Below, in pieces: positions 26,692-42,026 of a stretch of DNA of 51,900 nucleotides. The notes under the pieces are model-generated. The model was given only the letters and a program-made list of their open reading frames with translations, was not told the origin of the DNA and did not search any database. Both the position numbers and the translations under genes were made by a program. The stretch is from Calcarisporiella thermophila CBS 279.70 (Eukaryota; Fungi; Calcarisporiellomycota). Every line of letters begins with the position of its first letter. The stretch's first letter is position 1. Location of the stretch: contig NW_027192200.1 in assembly GCF_041956535.1 (NCBI RefSeq), forward strand, positions 154,608 to 206,507, read 5' to 3'.

Positions 26692-28078
26692 TTACACCGC
26701 AAATTTTTCATCCCCCAGGTTCACTCTGCATAGCCTTGCAACCAGTCCAGAAAGTTGCACTAGCGAATGAACTCCCTCTAATATTTTCATGTGTGCCAAC
26801 CCGATCTCCTTCACATACTCAAGCTTAGTGTATTCAGGCATTTCCTGAAACGCTTTTACCACACGGAACAATGTAGTGATGATGTCAATAGCAGAGTAGC
26901 CCTGATCCCAAAGTTCACGCATCCCTTGCTGGGCCGAGTCGATGTCAGAGCTCAAGCATTTCTCTATGATAGCATGCACGACGACGGGATGCGGCTGATC
27001 GCACACCTTAAAAACATTATCAGCATTAACATAGTTGAACCCGTAGTAGGTCGACTGCAGATTGTTGATGGCTTGACGCATGTCGCCGTCAGCAGTGAAA
27101 ATGAGAGCTTCAATGCCCTCAGGATTGTGAGGGACCTAAAGGTAACAGGAGATCGAGAAAGATGTGAATTCATCCTACCAAGCTTGGACTGTGGTTTGTC
27201 AAATATTTGCCACACCTTTTCTGCTTCACAGATTTCTAGCAGTCGTTTCATAATCTGCTTGTCAGTCAATCGCCCGCATCTCAACATAGCACAGCGACTC
27301 TGAATTGGCTCAATAATCTTATTGGATGAATTACACGCTAATGCAAATCGCGTAGTATTCGAGTATATCTCCATGATACGACGAAGTGCCTGCTGGGCAC
27401 CGCCCGTCATACTACCCACGCGGATATGGATTTAGACACAAGTCGATACACATTGGGATTAAGTAAAATAACACCTATGTACCTGTCAGCTTCGTCAAGA
27501 ATAACAATTTTATGGCGTCCAGGGGGCAGAGTAACTTTCTTTTGAGCAAACGCCTTGATACGATTACGGATAACATCAATTCCACTAATACCAACACGAA
27601 GAATAGCAAAAAAAAAAAATTAGCATTTGAATAATCAGTTGAAGTCCAAAGCAAAAATACCGATCGTCAGATGCGTTCAATTCCAATACGCCTTCCTTGT
27701 AAGCTGGCCCCAATAATTCTCGCGCTAAACATAAAATACTCGTTGTTTTACCAATACCTGGTGTGCCCTAGTTTCATAGATGTAAATTTGTGATCAGCTA
27801 CAAATTGAATTGTAAGCGTGGGACTGTGAGACTTACTGCCATAATAATATTTGGCACATTTCCCTCTTTTGCAATCTTCTGAAGGCGCATGACGACATCC
27901 TCATTGCCCACGACCTCATTTAGGTATACTGGTCTATATTTTTCAACCCTACAATTATATACCTAATCAGATCAGATGTGCGCAGACGCGTACAATAAGA
28001 AAACTACTACCAAGGTAGCGCGTAACCAGGGATCTCCTTAAGAGTCGTGTCAGTATCCATCGCCGATGTAGCTGCCAT
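26692..28078 (-). CDS. RFC4: Replication factor C small subunit (yeast Rfc4 / human RFC2 type)
   Basis: LPW|[24 protein letters not shown]|[42 protein letters not shown] and [10 protein letters not shown]. Confidence 0.93.
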
Positions 28079-28270
28079 AGTTTATTAAATGTAAGATCTC
28101 ATACAATGCTCGAAGGAAAAAAGTGGATAAAGACGCGACTCAATACAAGAGTAAAAATGACAGTCACAAATCTAGTTAAAATAAAATACATGCACACAAG
28201 TGTTCCCGTCGCCCTCCCCCACGAAAAATAGAAAGATAATGGTGATATGGCCAGTGGATCATGGGCTCGG

Positions 28271-29134
28271 TTATCGGTAGATAGGCGATCTATTAAGACG
28301 GTTCCGTTGTATTCGGACAAAGAGCCACTCTACTGCGTCCTTAACGCCATTTCTATTCAGGAGGCAAAGCAGGTTTCCAGTTAAACACTGTACAAGCGTC
28401 TGCAGGGCCATAACTTGCATTTACCCTTCCAAAGCCGACACCGCCAGTACACGAGAATCTCGCGCTCCAAGTTTCAGAGCAATCTTGTTAAAAATCTCCT
28501 TTATTTCCTCCACTCTCAATGCCGATGGAAGATCCTGCTTATTAGCCAGCATAAGAACGGGCACCCCTTCGACCTCTTCGTTGGTTATTATTTTTTCTAT
28601 TCGAATTAACACATATTTTGGTGGTGAGAATTGAGCAAGATCATCTCTGAAATGCACCTGGAAAATATACCGAAAGTATTCTTGCATTCCTCAATCCGTG
28701 CTTTATCTGTTGAATCCACCACAAAAACAATTGCATGGCACTCCGAGTAGTATTTTTCCCAGATGCTATGAAGCTCCTGTTGCCCTCCCAAATCCCAGAA
28801 GTTGAGGCGAGCGCGGCTAATATCGATCTTTCCAACTAAAACGCAAAACAGGTTGAACATAAAGGAAGAGCGAAATCAATATGAATACTCTACTATTTAA
28901 ACCAACAGTAGGGGCAATTTTTTCAGGCGGAAGGCCCGGTACGCCAAGGTATAAGGATTTTATCCTTTCTAATAGAGTCTATTTTCCAGATGATTTGAGA
29001 AATTATAGTCTTGAAGTTGGAACTGAAGTTCTTTTACCAACCGTTTTTCCGGCATTATCTAATCCAAGAATTATGACATAATATTCCTCTCTTCGCGTAA
29101 GATATTTGTATAACCCCCGGAAGAGTGTATACAT
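28271..29134 (-). CDS. ARL3: ARF-related protein 1 (ARFRP1 / yeast Arl3) small GTPase, 5 exons
   Basis: MYTLFRGLYKYLTREEEYYVMILGLDNAGKT|TLLERIK...PTVGLN|IG...WDLGGQ...ANKQD...SALEG|NGVKDAVEW. Confidence 0.93.
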
Positions 29135-29699
29135 GTCGACACTTTGATAGACTCGATGTACTTGATGGAGTTAATAGAGTCAAGTGTAAAAATTCAACTT
29201 CAGTAGGCCCTGTGGCTTGTGACTAAGCCACGGAACACGAGACGGTAAAATTGGCGTCAAAGCGATTTGAAAACGTAAGTTGATGCTTTACAGCCAGCAG
29301 TAGCATAAGGCTCAAATAATATACGGGTTGCCACTTGGAGCAATATTTAGCTGGATGGTTTCTGTGTAAGGTAGGTTGAAAGTTTAAGATAATTCTGCAA
29401 TATTATCAATATGGGTGCGTTTTGAAGAGAGTGGGTAGAAAGGGCTAGACCTCTTAAAATTTATCATATGAATTGTTTGTGTCTTGGCGGCAACTCCAAA
29501 TGAATTCTTTAATAACATATGATATAGGAAAAAAAAAAGAAAACTATATTATTAACTATTTGCTACACCAGTTTCATCTTTCGATATCAATCGTATTTGA
29601 ATACAATCAAGCAATAAAGAAAACATTTGCAAAAAACACCAAGATTAAGTTAAACGAAGTTGGTTTTAGCAGCCATGACAAAGCATCTCTACACAGCCA

Positions 29700-30646
29700 T
29701 TAAAGGCGAGCCTTATCTTGATAGGTTTTCATTACAGCATCCAGCTTTGTCGCCTGCATAATATTTCCTTTCAGCTTCAACTTCCCTGTCATGAAAGCAC
29801 GCTGCCCTCCAATCTTGCCCAAAGCCATATCCAAAAAGTCATTGTCCTTAACTTGTACAGTGACGTCGGGCTTTTTACCCTCAATCTTGCCACGGACGAC
29901 TCGTCCGTCGTGCTTAAGATCGATGGTCCAGCTCTGCGTTTGACCTGCAGCATTTTTAATGTCGAACTGGAAAATACCCCTGGCCTTAGACTTTTGGGAT
30001 TCGAGTTCTTGCGGGGAATAACTCTTCATCATGTTAGCGATTTGTTGGAACACGACAGCGGCATTGTAGCCGGGCACGGTAACATCTTCAGCTTGAGCTT
30101 CATCAGGAGCAGCGGCGTTTGGATCGGCTAGCGGATTAATCCCACGGGTCACCTTGAGCATTGTGTCTAAAGGATAAGGAAGTAAAATTCTCAAGAATTC
30201 GCTCAGAAATATAAAAATTCTATGTATGTTTACCGAGCCTCATAGCGAGAAGAAGTTCTCCTTTGACCTTAAGCTTCCCAGCCATAAACGCCTTGGGGCC
30301 TAGGAAAGAAATTCAATTAGCAGACGTAACGAAAAAAAAAAGAGAATTGATGGTTTGAATTACCTGATAATTTTCCTGAAGCCAGCTCAGTAAAGTCTTT
30401 ATCGTCCAAGCTCACGACCACATCAGGCTTGAGATCACTGCGCTCACCCAAGACCACGGTGCCATCGTTCTTCATGTCGGCAGTCCATACTTGGGTCTTG
30501 CCTTGAGCATTCTTCACTTGGAATTCAAACACACCGTTAATTTGGTCGAGCAGCTCTCGACGATTATCCTGGGGGAGTTGGTCAAAGATTTCCTTAATAG
30601 TCACGAATGCATTGGAACACTCGAATCCGTCGACAACGATGCTCAT
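29700..30646 (-). CDS. Protein of two tandem SCP2 sterol/lipid-binding domains with C-terminal PTS1 (ARL)
   Basis: Two repeats of G.F.F..KNA.G.TQ.WT.D.K.DG.V..G....KPDV......D.DF...A.GK..G..AF..G.LK.KGN; the protein ends KARL*. Confidence 0.88.
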
Positions 30647-31062
30647 GGTTGAAATGGAAATAAATTAAATAGCCTTACAAAAATCCAAAATTCGAGGAAA
30701 GTGAAAAGTGCGGAGAATTATGTATAGAAAAAGGTGGGGTAATATAACGAAATACGCGAGACAGAAATATCATATGATAAAACTTTGATGAGCTTTGAAC
30801 TAATTGTTTTAGTTCATTTAATATTCCGAGGTACCTAAACGGGTATACCGTGTAGCGTAGCAGATGAACATGGAAAAATTATACGGAGTAGAAAGATGGA
30901 GCACATGTCAAATAGCTCAAGCACCATGGGGTTGGGGTAGGCTCTAGCAAAGCCAACAGGGCTCCAGCACCATCATCATTACTGGACTTGACCCTGTCAA
31001 CCCCAACAAGGCGTTGACAGCAATCTGTGACTCATTTTCTTTTTAATTGATGAACCCCCTTC

Positions 31063-31258
31063 GGGGTGCTTGGCGTCACCTGGAGGTAGTGCGATACCAG
31101 GGACACCGGTGGGCGCGAGGATGGCAAGCCAGAGCCTCGCAACCCGCTGGCCAAAAATCAGTTTGATATCATAGAGCTGGGCTGTGCCCAGCGGAACAGA
31201 TATCAAGCTGTTCAGAACAGATACTACACTTGATCTTAGCCAATAGGCCTGAGAGGAT
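31063..31258 (-). ncRNA. U2: U2 spliceosomal snRNA (copy 2)
   Basis: By eye identical to 58-253 over the 196-nt RNA, with the same U2 hallmarks. Confidence 0.97.
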
Positions 31259-31290
31259 GTGGAACTAATTTTTGCCTACTTGGAGCAAGT

Positions 31291-31334
31291 ATTTATAGAG
31301 ACTACTCCAAATTAGGTTAGGTTACTAATATGGG
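31291..31334 (-). promoter_or_regulatory. Putative U2 promoter: TATAAAT plus CCCATATTAGTAACCTAACCTAAT element
   Basis: Motifs and spacing are conserved with 286-330. Confidence 0.7.
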
Positions 31335-31736
31335 TTGGAATAACGTCATCAGGTAATTTATTATTTTATCCTCTTTCTTTGGATGTATGGGAGACTGGTC
31401 GTCATCACATCCACACGTTTATAACACCAAATTAAATAAGCACTAACAAATATCGCTTTTTACTTTAATCTTGTTACCTCTGCACTTGAAAAATCTTTTG
31501 CTGCAACTGCCGTTTTCTTTTACTAGCTGGTCCATTCTATTCATTTTTACCATTCTTCCCAATGATGGTATATTCTGTTTGTCCCTATTCCCTCGGCATT
31601 TTACAACATATACATTATAAATAAAGACGACCCTGTATTGCTATCTTATCGAATTTCGTACATATTAAGCTATTCAACTACAGACATCCTATCAACCTTG
31701 TGCATGAAAGACATTTGGCTGGGCTTGAACTCAAGC

Positions 31737-34230
31737 TCAAAGCTTGGTCTGGCCGTAAACCAAGAGATAGTCTTCGTTCTCACTTGACAAACCGCTCAAA
31801 TCTCCAACCAGGCCTCGTTGGATAAATCTCTCTGCCGCCAGTCTATCCGCCTGCCATTCTTGCGGATTGTGCACCTTCATCCAGCTTGCATGCTCAATCA
31901 ACAGTGTAGCTGCAAGGATACGCGCCAAAGAAAGCGCGACCTCTCGGGCTGTTCTTTCAAGGGCTAAAGTATTGTTAGCGACGTACTCTCCGATGATGCG
32001 TTTGGCTTCACGGACTTTTTCCTTTGAATCCTTTAACTCTGCGGCCGCATTCTCGAGCTTTTGGTCGATGATCTATAGAAAGTGTCAAACAAGCGTCATT
32101 AGGAATAAGCTTTGCAGAGGCCTCTGGTTGAGCATAACCAAGGTTGTCCAGCAATGCTCACCTTATCGAAGATCTGGAGGGCTTCCCCTTTTGTTTTAAA
32201 TGCAACTCTCAGCACGTCCAGAGATAATATATTGGTCGTGCCTTCCCAGATGGCATTGACCTGTACATCTCGTAGAGCTCTGGGCAGTCCGCTCTCCTCC
32301 ATGTATCCTTGACCACCAAGAGCTTCCATTGCCTCGGAAACAAAAGGCACTGCAATTTTGCCCGCCCATAGCTTGAATATCGGAGTAATTAGCCGAAGCA
32401 TTTGTTCCTGCTCGTGAGAAGCCGCGTTGCACTCTACGGCACCTAAAAGTTCAATTGCATAGAATGCAAAGTTGCAAGCCGCTCGAAAAGTAACGTCAAG
32501 ATTAGACAAAGTGGTAAGATGCAACGGGTGATCACGAATAGTCCTGCCGAAGGCCTATACAGCATAGTGTAAAAATGCTTAGATCATTTAAAAACAAAGG
32601 CTCATAATCAAGAGGCGATACCGTGCGAATCTTGGCAAATTCTTTTGCAATTGCCAATGACCCTCGCATTGCTGTGACACAGCTCAGACCGGAATAAATT
32701 CTAGTAATATTGAGTAGGGAGGATATGGTGGCTACTCCTCTTCCCTGCTCCCCAATCTACTTCATAAAACTCAAGTAAATAACCAGCACAGCCACTTCTC
32801 CAATCATCAAAGCAAGCAAACCGACCATATGGCCCACCATGCCTTTCAATTCAAGCTCGGCCGTAGGGAGTCCTTTGGTTCCGAATTTTTGTTTCAGTCG
32901 ATGGATGCGAACGCCGTTTAAGGAGCCATCAGGACGGTGGACTTCCGCAAGGAAGAGGGATAGGCCTTTGCTTCCCTAAATAAAGACACGTTGGTTTAAT
33001 AAAAGGAGCGAATTATATGCAATTACACGTCAAAAATAATCCTGCTGACCTTGGTTAATTTGCCCGTCTTAGGGTCTTTGGTGCGGGCGAGCAGCATGGT
33101 GATATTGGCATCCGTGGCCGAAGAGAACCACTTGAAGCCAGTTATAGACCAAAGATTCTGCTTCTCGTCAATACACTCTGCAATGGTCTCTGTATTACTC
33201 ACGTCACTCCCCCCTGGTCTTTCCGTCATCCACTGCCCGCTGGTGTAAAATTCTGAAGGATCCCGGCTAATCGGGTGTATGAAATATGAAATAAAATTTG
33301 CATTAAAATAAATTCTCCTAGTAAGCGTTAAACAATTTCACGCTCTACATTGCATTATATACCTAGTGAGTTTCTGGAAATATTTTTCCTTCAATTCTTT
33401 TGAACCCTTCACTTCAAGACAACGGGCAGCACCATCTGCTTACAAAATGATTAGTATTCAATCAAAAAAGAAATGTAAGAGTGGCACCCTCACCTGTCAT
33501 GGACAAAGGGCATGCATACGTCGCACTCGCACTCATAAACAGATATTGCTTTGCCATTTGATAGATACGGCTATATTGCCCATATTTACGCTCGTATGCT
33601 ATGGCTACCAAACTAACATATAGAGGGAATGTTAGCGTCCAAATCTACCTGTTATAGGAGTAATTTAGCTCATATTACCCTTCTTCAGCAGATACATCGT
33701 GAAGCTTGCGCCAACCTTCGGAAGTAATAAGCTCATCGACACGTCTAACATAAAAAAAGAGATGTCAAAACTCTCCAAGGAATTCCATAATAGAATACGC
33801 AACTACATCACCTGCACCAAGCATCGTATTGACGAAGCCGAGGATAGTTAGCGGGATCTTCGGCATTGTCGCCCATCTCCTTCACGTCTAAGTAGAACAT
33901 TCACGGTGACGATCTTAGCAGAGCCCTATATAATGCAGTTGCTTTTGTTTTCAGCCGTGATTTACCTGTTATGACCCTTTGACCCATTTTCTCTAAGTCG
34001 GGCCTAATAGCGCCATAAACGTCCTTGGGCAGAATACGTTGGAGTATGCTAATAAGGATGTTATCCCCCAGAAAATGGTTGGTAAGGGCCGGTGGTTGCT
34101 GTAGAGAAATTCAATTTTTGGTCAGCAAAAGGATTTCCCAGTCCCATTCGGGATAATTGAAGAAGGCTATGCCGGGGAGTAGTACCTGGAAGAAGCCAGA
34201 CTCAGAAGAAGCCAAAGTGAAGCCGTCCAT
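31737..34230 (-). CDS. Acyl-CoA dehydrogenase, AidB-like family, multi-exon; C-terminal TKL (possible PTS1)
   Basis: GFFQ, QYDAW..RVDEL.TSEGW, CPLSMT|DGAAR, SGQWMTERPGGSDV..TET, GFKWFSSATD, RLK.K.GTK.LPTAELEL, and EALGGQGYME...RDVQVNAIWEGTTNILSLD. Confidence 0.92.
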
Positions 34231-34734
34231 AAGCGCGCAATTGACAGAGAGAGAATATGAACAGTTTGGGTTATGGAGGAGAATTATCACAAGGAAATAT
34301 TGCCTTAAATTTCTCGTGATAATTTGGACTTGGCCAATTTAAGCCACTCACCGCTAAGTATTTTTAATCTAATTATTCGCTGGCAATATCCATTTATGTT
34401 CTCCGGTTTAAAAATGGAAAGCGGTGCTCTTTTAGGCACCTTCCCTTTATTTCCCCGCATTTTGAGTTTTAAAATTCCTCTTTGAAAGTAAGTGCCGGCG
34501 CACCTAGACTGCGCTTTTGATGCTTACGGGAGGAGGCCGGCTATTAGCAAATCTTCGATCGAGCACACCGCATCATTTTATAAATTCTAAGAGAGAGCGA
34601 GATATAGAGGAGGGTTGGAGCGGGAGAACACAGAAAATAAAAAAGAGAACAAACGAGTGATTAGAACATTAATTTATACAAATATATAAATCTTGCTTTC
34701 AATTTCTTCACATTAGAATAAGGGAGGACGGTGT

Positions 34735-36402
34735 TCAAGACTCTTTCTTTTCCGCATTCACAGCTGGGGCATTCGCCCGCGACGCCCCTGCCCATGTATA
34801 CAAAAAGGTGCCCAAGAACACAAGAGCCGTTCCGAATGCGGTCGCAAAGGAGAACTCGTTGTTGAAAAGGAGCACAGAGAGGACGAGAGAAGTAAATTTA
34901 CGCAGATTGAGCACAAGGTTAAGGGTAAGTGCACTAGCAAAGGCGGTGAGGCGATGGACTCCAGAGATACAAACATACCTGATATAACCAAATATTCATT
35001 AGCCTCTGCCAAATGAGTAAAGAGGAATTCAACTACAGATAACATACTGAGTGAGCACATTCACCAATAGATATATCCATAACTTGGGCAATCCGAACGA
35101 GGATAGTGTGGCTTTTACCGAGGAGGGTAAGAGTTGAGAAAGCGCAGGTATCTGTTCGAGCATTTGTGCAAAAGACACTTGGGGAGAGCGCCCTGTCAAA
35201 CGAAATTGGCTAAGAATGTCTTTATAGAAAATAAGGAAAAATGGAAGCGAAAGGAAGTGCTAGCAGCAAAAACTAGCAGTTAGTAGTTTGAATCATATAT
35301 GCAAAGACAAAAGTGTACCGAATAAAAGAGCCCCTCCCGCCACTGTTTGCCGTATTGCTTGTAGGTCTGCTCTTGGAAGAGCCCCATGAGCGCAGAGATA
35401 ACAAGAGCAATGGTGAGAAGGGTTACTCCCACCACAAAGTCGGAAACATTTGTGTGAGATTCACTGTGCTATTATTTAATGGAATTGGTTTAGTTGTCAT
35501 GCCAATAAGCACTTAGAACAAATGATTTCGAACCTTTGTATGCGATGACGCAGAACTCAATGTTGCCATAAATATACCAGCAGTGATAAATGAAACAGCA
35601 ACGATTTGTTTTGTGGTGTATCTAATACCATTACTCGAAAAAATAAAGTCGATTCTATGACCAAGATCGCGATATAAAAATCCTACCTTTTTCCCGCAAC
35701 TACATATCCGAGTAACATACTAACAATCAAGCCTCCGCTCCTAAAGACAATATGAAGCGGTACTCCGATATCAAAAGCCAGCGCCCAATTATTAAGGACT
35801 GAAACTGAGAAAAACATAATGACCTGCACGAACCAGCGCCAAAGTGGAACTTTTGTTGGCCGTAAACGTGGTATGGGAACTTGTGATGAAGGAGAAAAAT
35901 GCAGGTGGGATATTAGCCCATCAATGGCGACGAATAAAAATTGTGCAAAAGTAATTAGGTGTCCTGTGGAAAGTAACATGAATGCATACTATTAAGTCCG
36001 ATTGAAAATATATACTAGTCAAAATATAGACATACCGCTTTTTGGTGCTGAACTAAACACAGATAAAAGTAGGGGAAAGTATTTCAAAAAATTAGTAATA
36101 TGGCATGACTTCAGTGGTAAAATCTCAAATGAATCGAGAAAATATAAAGCAATAGGGCGAAGAGAGAAGACTTAGAATAGGAAACATGCAACTCACCTAA
36201 CAAGTATTTCTAATGCATACACATTGCTACAACAACCTCCAAATATGAACGTTCCGATTAACAGCCAATCCGAGAGTGATATTTGGAAGGTAGCTAGCAT
36301 CCATTCCTGTAAGTTTTTGTTCCTCGCTGAAGCAGAACGTATTTTTGGGTCCACAGAGAAATTCTCGTGCGATGCAGGTTCTCTAATCTTCTCGCTGGCC
36401 AT
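34735..36402 (-). CDS. YEA4: UDP-GlcNAc/UDP-xylose nucleotide-sugar transporter (Yea4/SLC35B4), multi-exon
   Basis: IFGGCCSNVYALE, GHLITFAQFLFV, NNWAL.F.I.VPLHIVFRSG, QYVCISGVHRL...LRKFTSL, and C-terminal KKES (KKxx ER retrieval signal). Confidence 0.92.
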
Positions 36403-36824
36403 TATGTGGGGCACATTAAATTATCTTAGCGGTAAAAAAGAGGAGTAAAGTGTAACGAGAACATAGAACCAAAAAATAGGGTATAGATTGGGGCGCAGCA
36501 ATCTTAGAGATTGCACGAATTTTAATTAATTAAGTAATAAAGAAGGAAAGGCGAAAGATCATATTGTCCCCATATACAACCCTACTATATCCATATAAAC
36601 TTTAAATAATTAGAGTGTCTTTCAGTTGGAGTGCCAAATGAGCTTTAAAAATTGGAGTAACAAATATTCTACGCTGACTTCAACTGGATGTCTACATATC
36701 AGAAAACTGAGCCACATAGGACTGTCAATTTAGAGATTATTTATTTCAATCCGAGTTTAAAACGCTCGAGTTTAGTATCTTGCATCTATACTTATAAGAT
36801 TATTTATAAAAATATTCTTTTAAA

Positions 36825-38420
36825 ATGGCAACCCTAGGATTTTGGGGGCTTATTGTAGAGCCTAAGAAACCACAAAAGTTTGTTGTTACTAGTTCTTTTA
36901 AAATTACAATGGTACATGACCTGATTAATCGGCATTACACTATAGACTTTAATACTCTTACTTATTTCCATTGATTAATTATTAGGCCTGCTTTGGCGAA
37001 AAGGTCAAGGGAAACAAGCGGTCTTGCTTGAAAGTTGAACTTGCGGATAAGAGCTACGCCCTCTGCTCACTCATTCCGAACAAAGTAAGCCGATTATACA
37101 TTTACTTGATGCTACTCTTCCCGGACTTACTGTTTCTCTTTGAATATGTAGCTCGAACAACAACGTATGGCTGTCGTCTTCAGTGACTCGGAAGAAGTAA
37201 CCTTTTCTGTCTCAGGCGAAAAGTAAGGATCTATATCCATCACTACTATTTCCCAGTAATAGATATTCAAACATCCTTTAATTAGTCCGGTCTATCTTAC
37301 GGGCAATTATTTACCGCTTGACTTTGAGCTGCCATATGACGATGAGGACGATTACGAAGGAGAAAGTCTTGGGGAAGAGGACACTGAAGAGGAAGAAGAG
37401 GAAGAGAGCGACGAAGAAGAGCCGAGAGGGATTAAAAGGAAAGCAAGAGAAGCTAAAGGTAGTTATCGCGACTCTTAGTGTTAATGTGATATTTGGATCC
37501 TAACGTGTGTTTTTTTATTAGACTTGGCAAATGGTTTCATAGAAGATGACGAGGACGAGGAAGATGATGAGGATTATGTTATGAAGGAAGGAGAAGATGA
37601 GAGCGAGGAGGAGGATGAGGAGGATGAAGAATTTAGTGATGAAGATGACCAGGAGGTGGAGGAAAATGAGAAGGAAAGCGATCAGGAAGAAGTTGAAAAG
37701 TCAATTGAAAAAAAGGAAGGAAAGATAGGCGCAAAGGAACAAGAATCTCAAAAGAAGAAATCTAAGGAAAAGAAGAAAGGTAACTACTATTGCATGTGAA
37801 TTTATAATTATTGGGCTAATTTGCTATAATTTTAGAAGAAGCCGAAAGTAAGGATCAAGAGAAAAAGGCAGTTGACGCTAAAAAGGAGGCAACATCAAAA
37901 GTTGAAAGCTCTAACAATGCAAATGAATCTGGCAAGGAGAGCGAGGAGGCAACCGAGGAATCGAAGACAAAAAATGAGAAAAAGCCGAAGGAACAGCCCG
38001 TTAAAGTAAGCTTTATTATTTTTCAACTAGGTTGGAAAATAAATGATTTACTACCTCTTGATTTTTTTTATACAAATGTAGCAACGTAAACTTGCCAACG
38101 GTCTGATCATAGAAGAAAAATCTCGAGGTAATGGAGCACGCGCAAAATTCGGAAAGAAGGTTGGCATTCGGTACATTGGACGCATCCACGGCGGAAAAGT
38201 CTTTGACAAAAATGTATCAGGCCCGCCCCTCTACTTCACTCTCGGGAAGGGTGAGGTCATTAAAGGCTTCGATTTAGGTATTGATGGGATGTTACTCGGA
38301 GAACAAAGAAAGCTAGTGATCCCTGCGGCATTGGCTTATGGTGCGAAAGGAAATGCTAAAGCTGGAGTTCCGAAAAATGCAACACTGGAGTTTGATGTCA
38401 AGCTAGTATCCATCAAATAA
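36825..38420 (+). CDS. Nucleoplasmin-like/FKBP peptidyl-prolyl isomerase (Fpr3/Fpr4/Fkbp39 type)
   Basis: N-terminal GFWGL.V.P...LCSL.P...VYLTGNY nucleoplasmin domain, acidic and basic tracts, and C-terminal FKBP domain (RYIG...FDKN..G....[12 protein letters not shown]...IP..LAYG...[11 protein letters not shown]). Confidence 0.92.
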
Positions 38421-38577
38421 TTGAACATACATTTCTCACTCAACTTTACAACGATTCCCTTAATCTCAAAATAAATAAAAATAATAACCGTGACCTCTAA
38501 TGTGACGGTTGTTTTCATTTATTAACCATATCGGAAAAGAAGAATGGGTTTTTAAGAGATTCGAACTACTCACGAAA

Positions 38578-39894
<1,317 letters not shown>

Positions 39895-40423
39895 TAAATT
39901 AGCACTCTTTATACCTTCAAGCTAGGGTACAGTTTTGTTGCGCAAAAGCAACACACGAAAATGTCCAGCCCAATGAGTGCTCATTAATTAGAGTTTGGGT
40001 CAATAACTTTGTGAAAGTAGGCCGTAATGCAAAGGACTTTTCAGACATAGTTCATTCTAATACTACCTATTCGAGGGATTGGTTTGGAGGCCAATCTTTG
40101 TAAATTCAAAAGATAATCATTCTGGAGAGCGTCTCTGTTCGTTCCGCGTATTCCCTTGATTCCAGAGTACTCTGCTCTCCCCGGTGCCCATTGCTAAGAC
40201 TCCGAGGAACGCTCGAGAGACTCTAAATGTGTACTTGTGTAAACCATTAAAGTTAACTCTATCGCTAGCTAAAGCAAACGATGAAATCTTTTTCCCTCCA
40301 CTTTTTCTTCTGTATTTTCCTATATTGTTTACCACCGACTCTGTAGAATTAATCAGCTTCTTTATAATAATCCCCTTGTCCGGCATTCAATAGCCACCCA
40401 AAACTCGAGTATATTGAGGAATA

Positions 40424-41660
40424 ATGGCCTCCGCAATCATTGACCTACCTCATTCAGAGGTCCCTGCATTCCCTTCTGCAGAAGAGGAAAAAGCAGCCCT
40501 TCTAGAGGATAATGATGACTCTTCACCAGCTTGGTCCTCTCTCCAAAACCGTAATCCATCCATTAAGCTCTGTAGCAAATATATTCTAGTGGGCATTTCT
40601 ACTGTATTTGCGCTCATTTATTTACACACCAAGATCGAAAATCTTTGCCCTGGATTCGACGGAATATCCATTCTGTTCGACCATCTCTTCTGTTGGGGGA
40701 TTGCATTTTGGCTGGGAAAGACAAAACGGTACCCTCCGAAGAAACTAGACGTAATCGGGTGGTGGCAACTTACTGGGATATCTGCAGTCTTCGCTGCGGT
40801 TAGTCCGTTATATCGGTTTGCGCTCCAAGATTCTTCAGTGGGGGTAAGGCTATGTAGCTTTCTTTTATTGGATCGTCGGAATTCAATACTGATTTCTTCA
40901 TTCACAGATTTTGAACGTTATTCATGATCAAATTCCTATTGTTGTACTTGTGTTTTCAGCACTTATGCTAGGGGCAAGGTACTCGTATCGCATTTTATTT
41001 GCCGTCCTACTAGTAAGTGCATATCCCATTGTAGTTTTCTCTCCTCTGTTCTTACTCATACACATATCCACTAAGGTTGTAGCTGGAATCACGTATGCCC
41101 AGTATGATTCTGCTTCCTTCACCAAAGCGAATATACCCGGCCTCATTATCCCTCCTTTCCCTGTTCTTCTCCAATCATTTGTTCAAGTCCTTGTCTTTGA
41201 TCTCTTGGCTGGTGCTCTTTCTCTTCCTCCCACACAGATAATTTCTTACATCTCTCCTTTTTCGCTTTTCTTCCATGCTATCTACCTGTACGCAAATGAC
41301 CTTTTCCATTTCAATTGTTCTGAAATCAGCACCCAAATCGTGCTGCTGGTTCTACTCAGGGCAGCCATCACATTTATTTCCCTGCAGGTGATGCTCAAGT
41401 TGAATGCTGAGGGTGGCCCACTAACGGTTGCCGTGGCGTTTAACGTCATCGCTGCCGTGCTCTTTTTGTTCTCCTCTATGCTTTTCGGCACAGGTTCAAT
41501 GTGGGGAAATGACACTTTTACAAAAGAAGGTGCCGTGGTGACACTTATCGGAGCTCTGTTATATTTGTTAGTTAAATGATTTTTATCAATATCCCATATC
41601 ATACTAATTTGTTTATATTCTAGGAAATTCCTGAGATCCCGAGACCTACCGCAGAAGTAA
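40424..41660 (+). CDS. Multi-pass membrane protein, probably DMT/triose-phosphate or nucleotide-sugar transporter superfamily
   Basis: About 9-10 hydrophobic segments over several exons, with a GPLT.AVA.NV motif resembling the TPT family. Exon boundaries and 3' end are approximate. Confidence 0.55.
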
Positions 41661-42026
41661 CTTCTGCTAGCCAAGGAAATAGATTATATTTGAACACCAG
41701 AAATGAACGCCGAATTCCTACCGGTGTTGTGTCAACCCTCGTTGCCATGATAACCTGCTATTGATATCTACTTTAGTATTTTTGAATCCAGGGAAGTAGC
41801 CTGATTAGCCTAAATTATTTTTTATTATTAAATAAACTAAAATTGAGGATGAAACAAAAGATTGAAATTTATACATTGAATGAGTGGAGTGGATTGCTAC
41901 TAGCTACAAATTGAAGAGAAAAGGGCTATTTAGCGATATAATACAGAAGAGATGCTGCGCTGTTTGATTCGTGATCAAATGCCAGATTTTGAGTAGGTCG
42001 CTTGGAAGTTGGAATGAGAACGCAGC

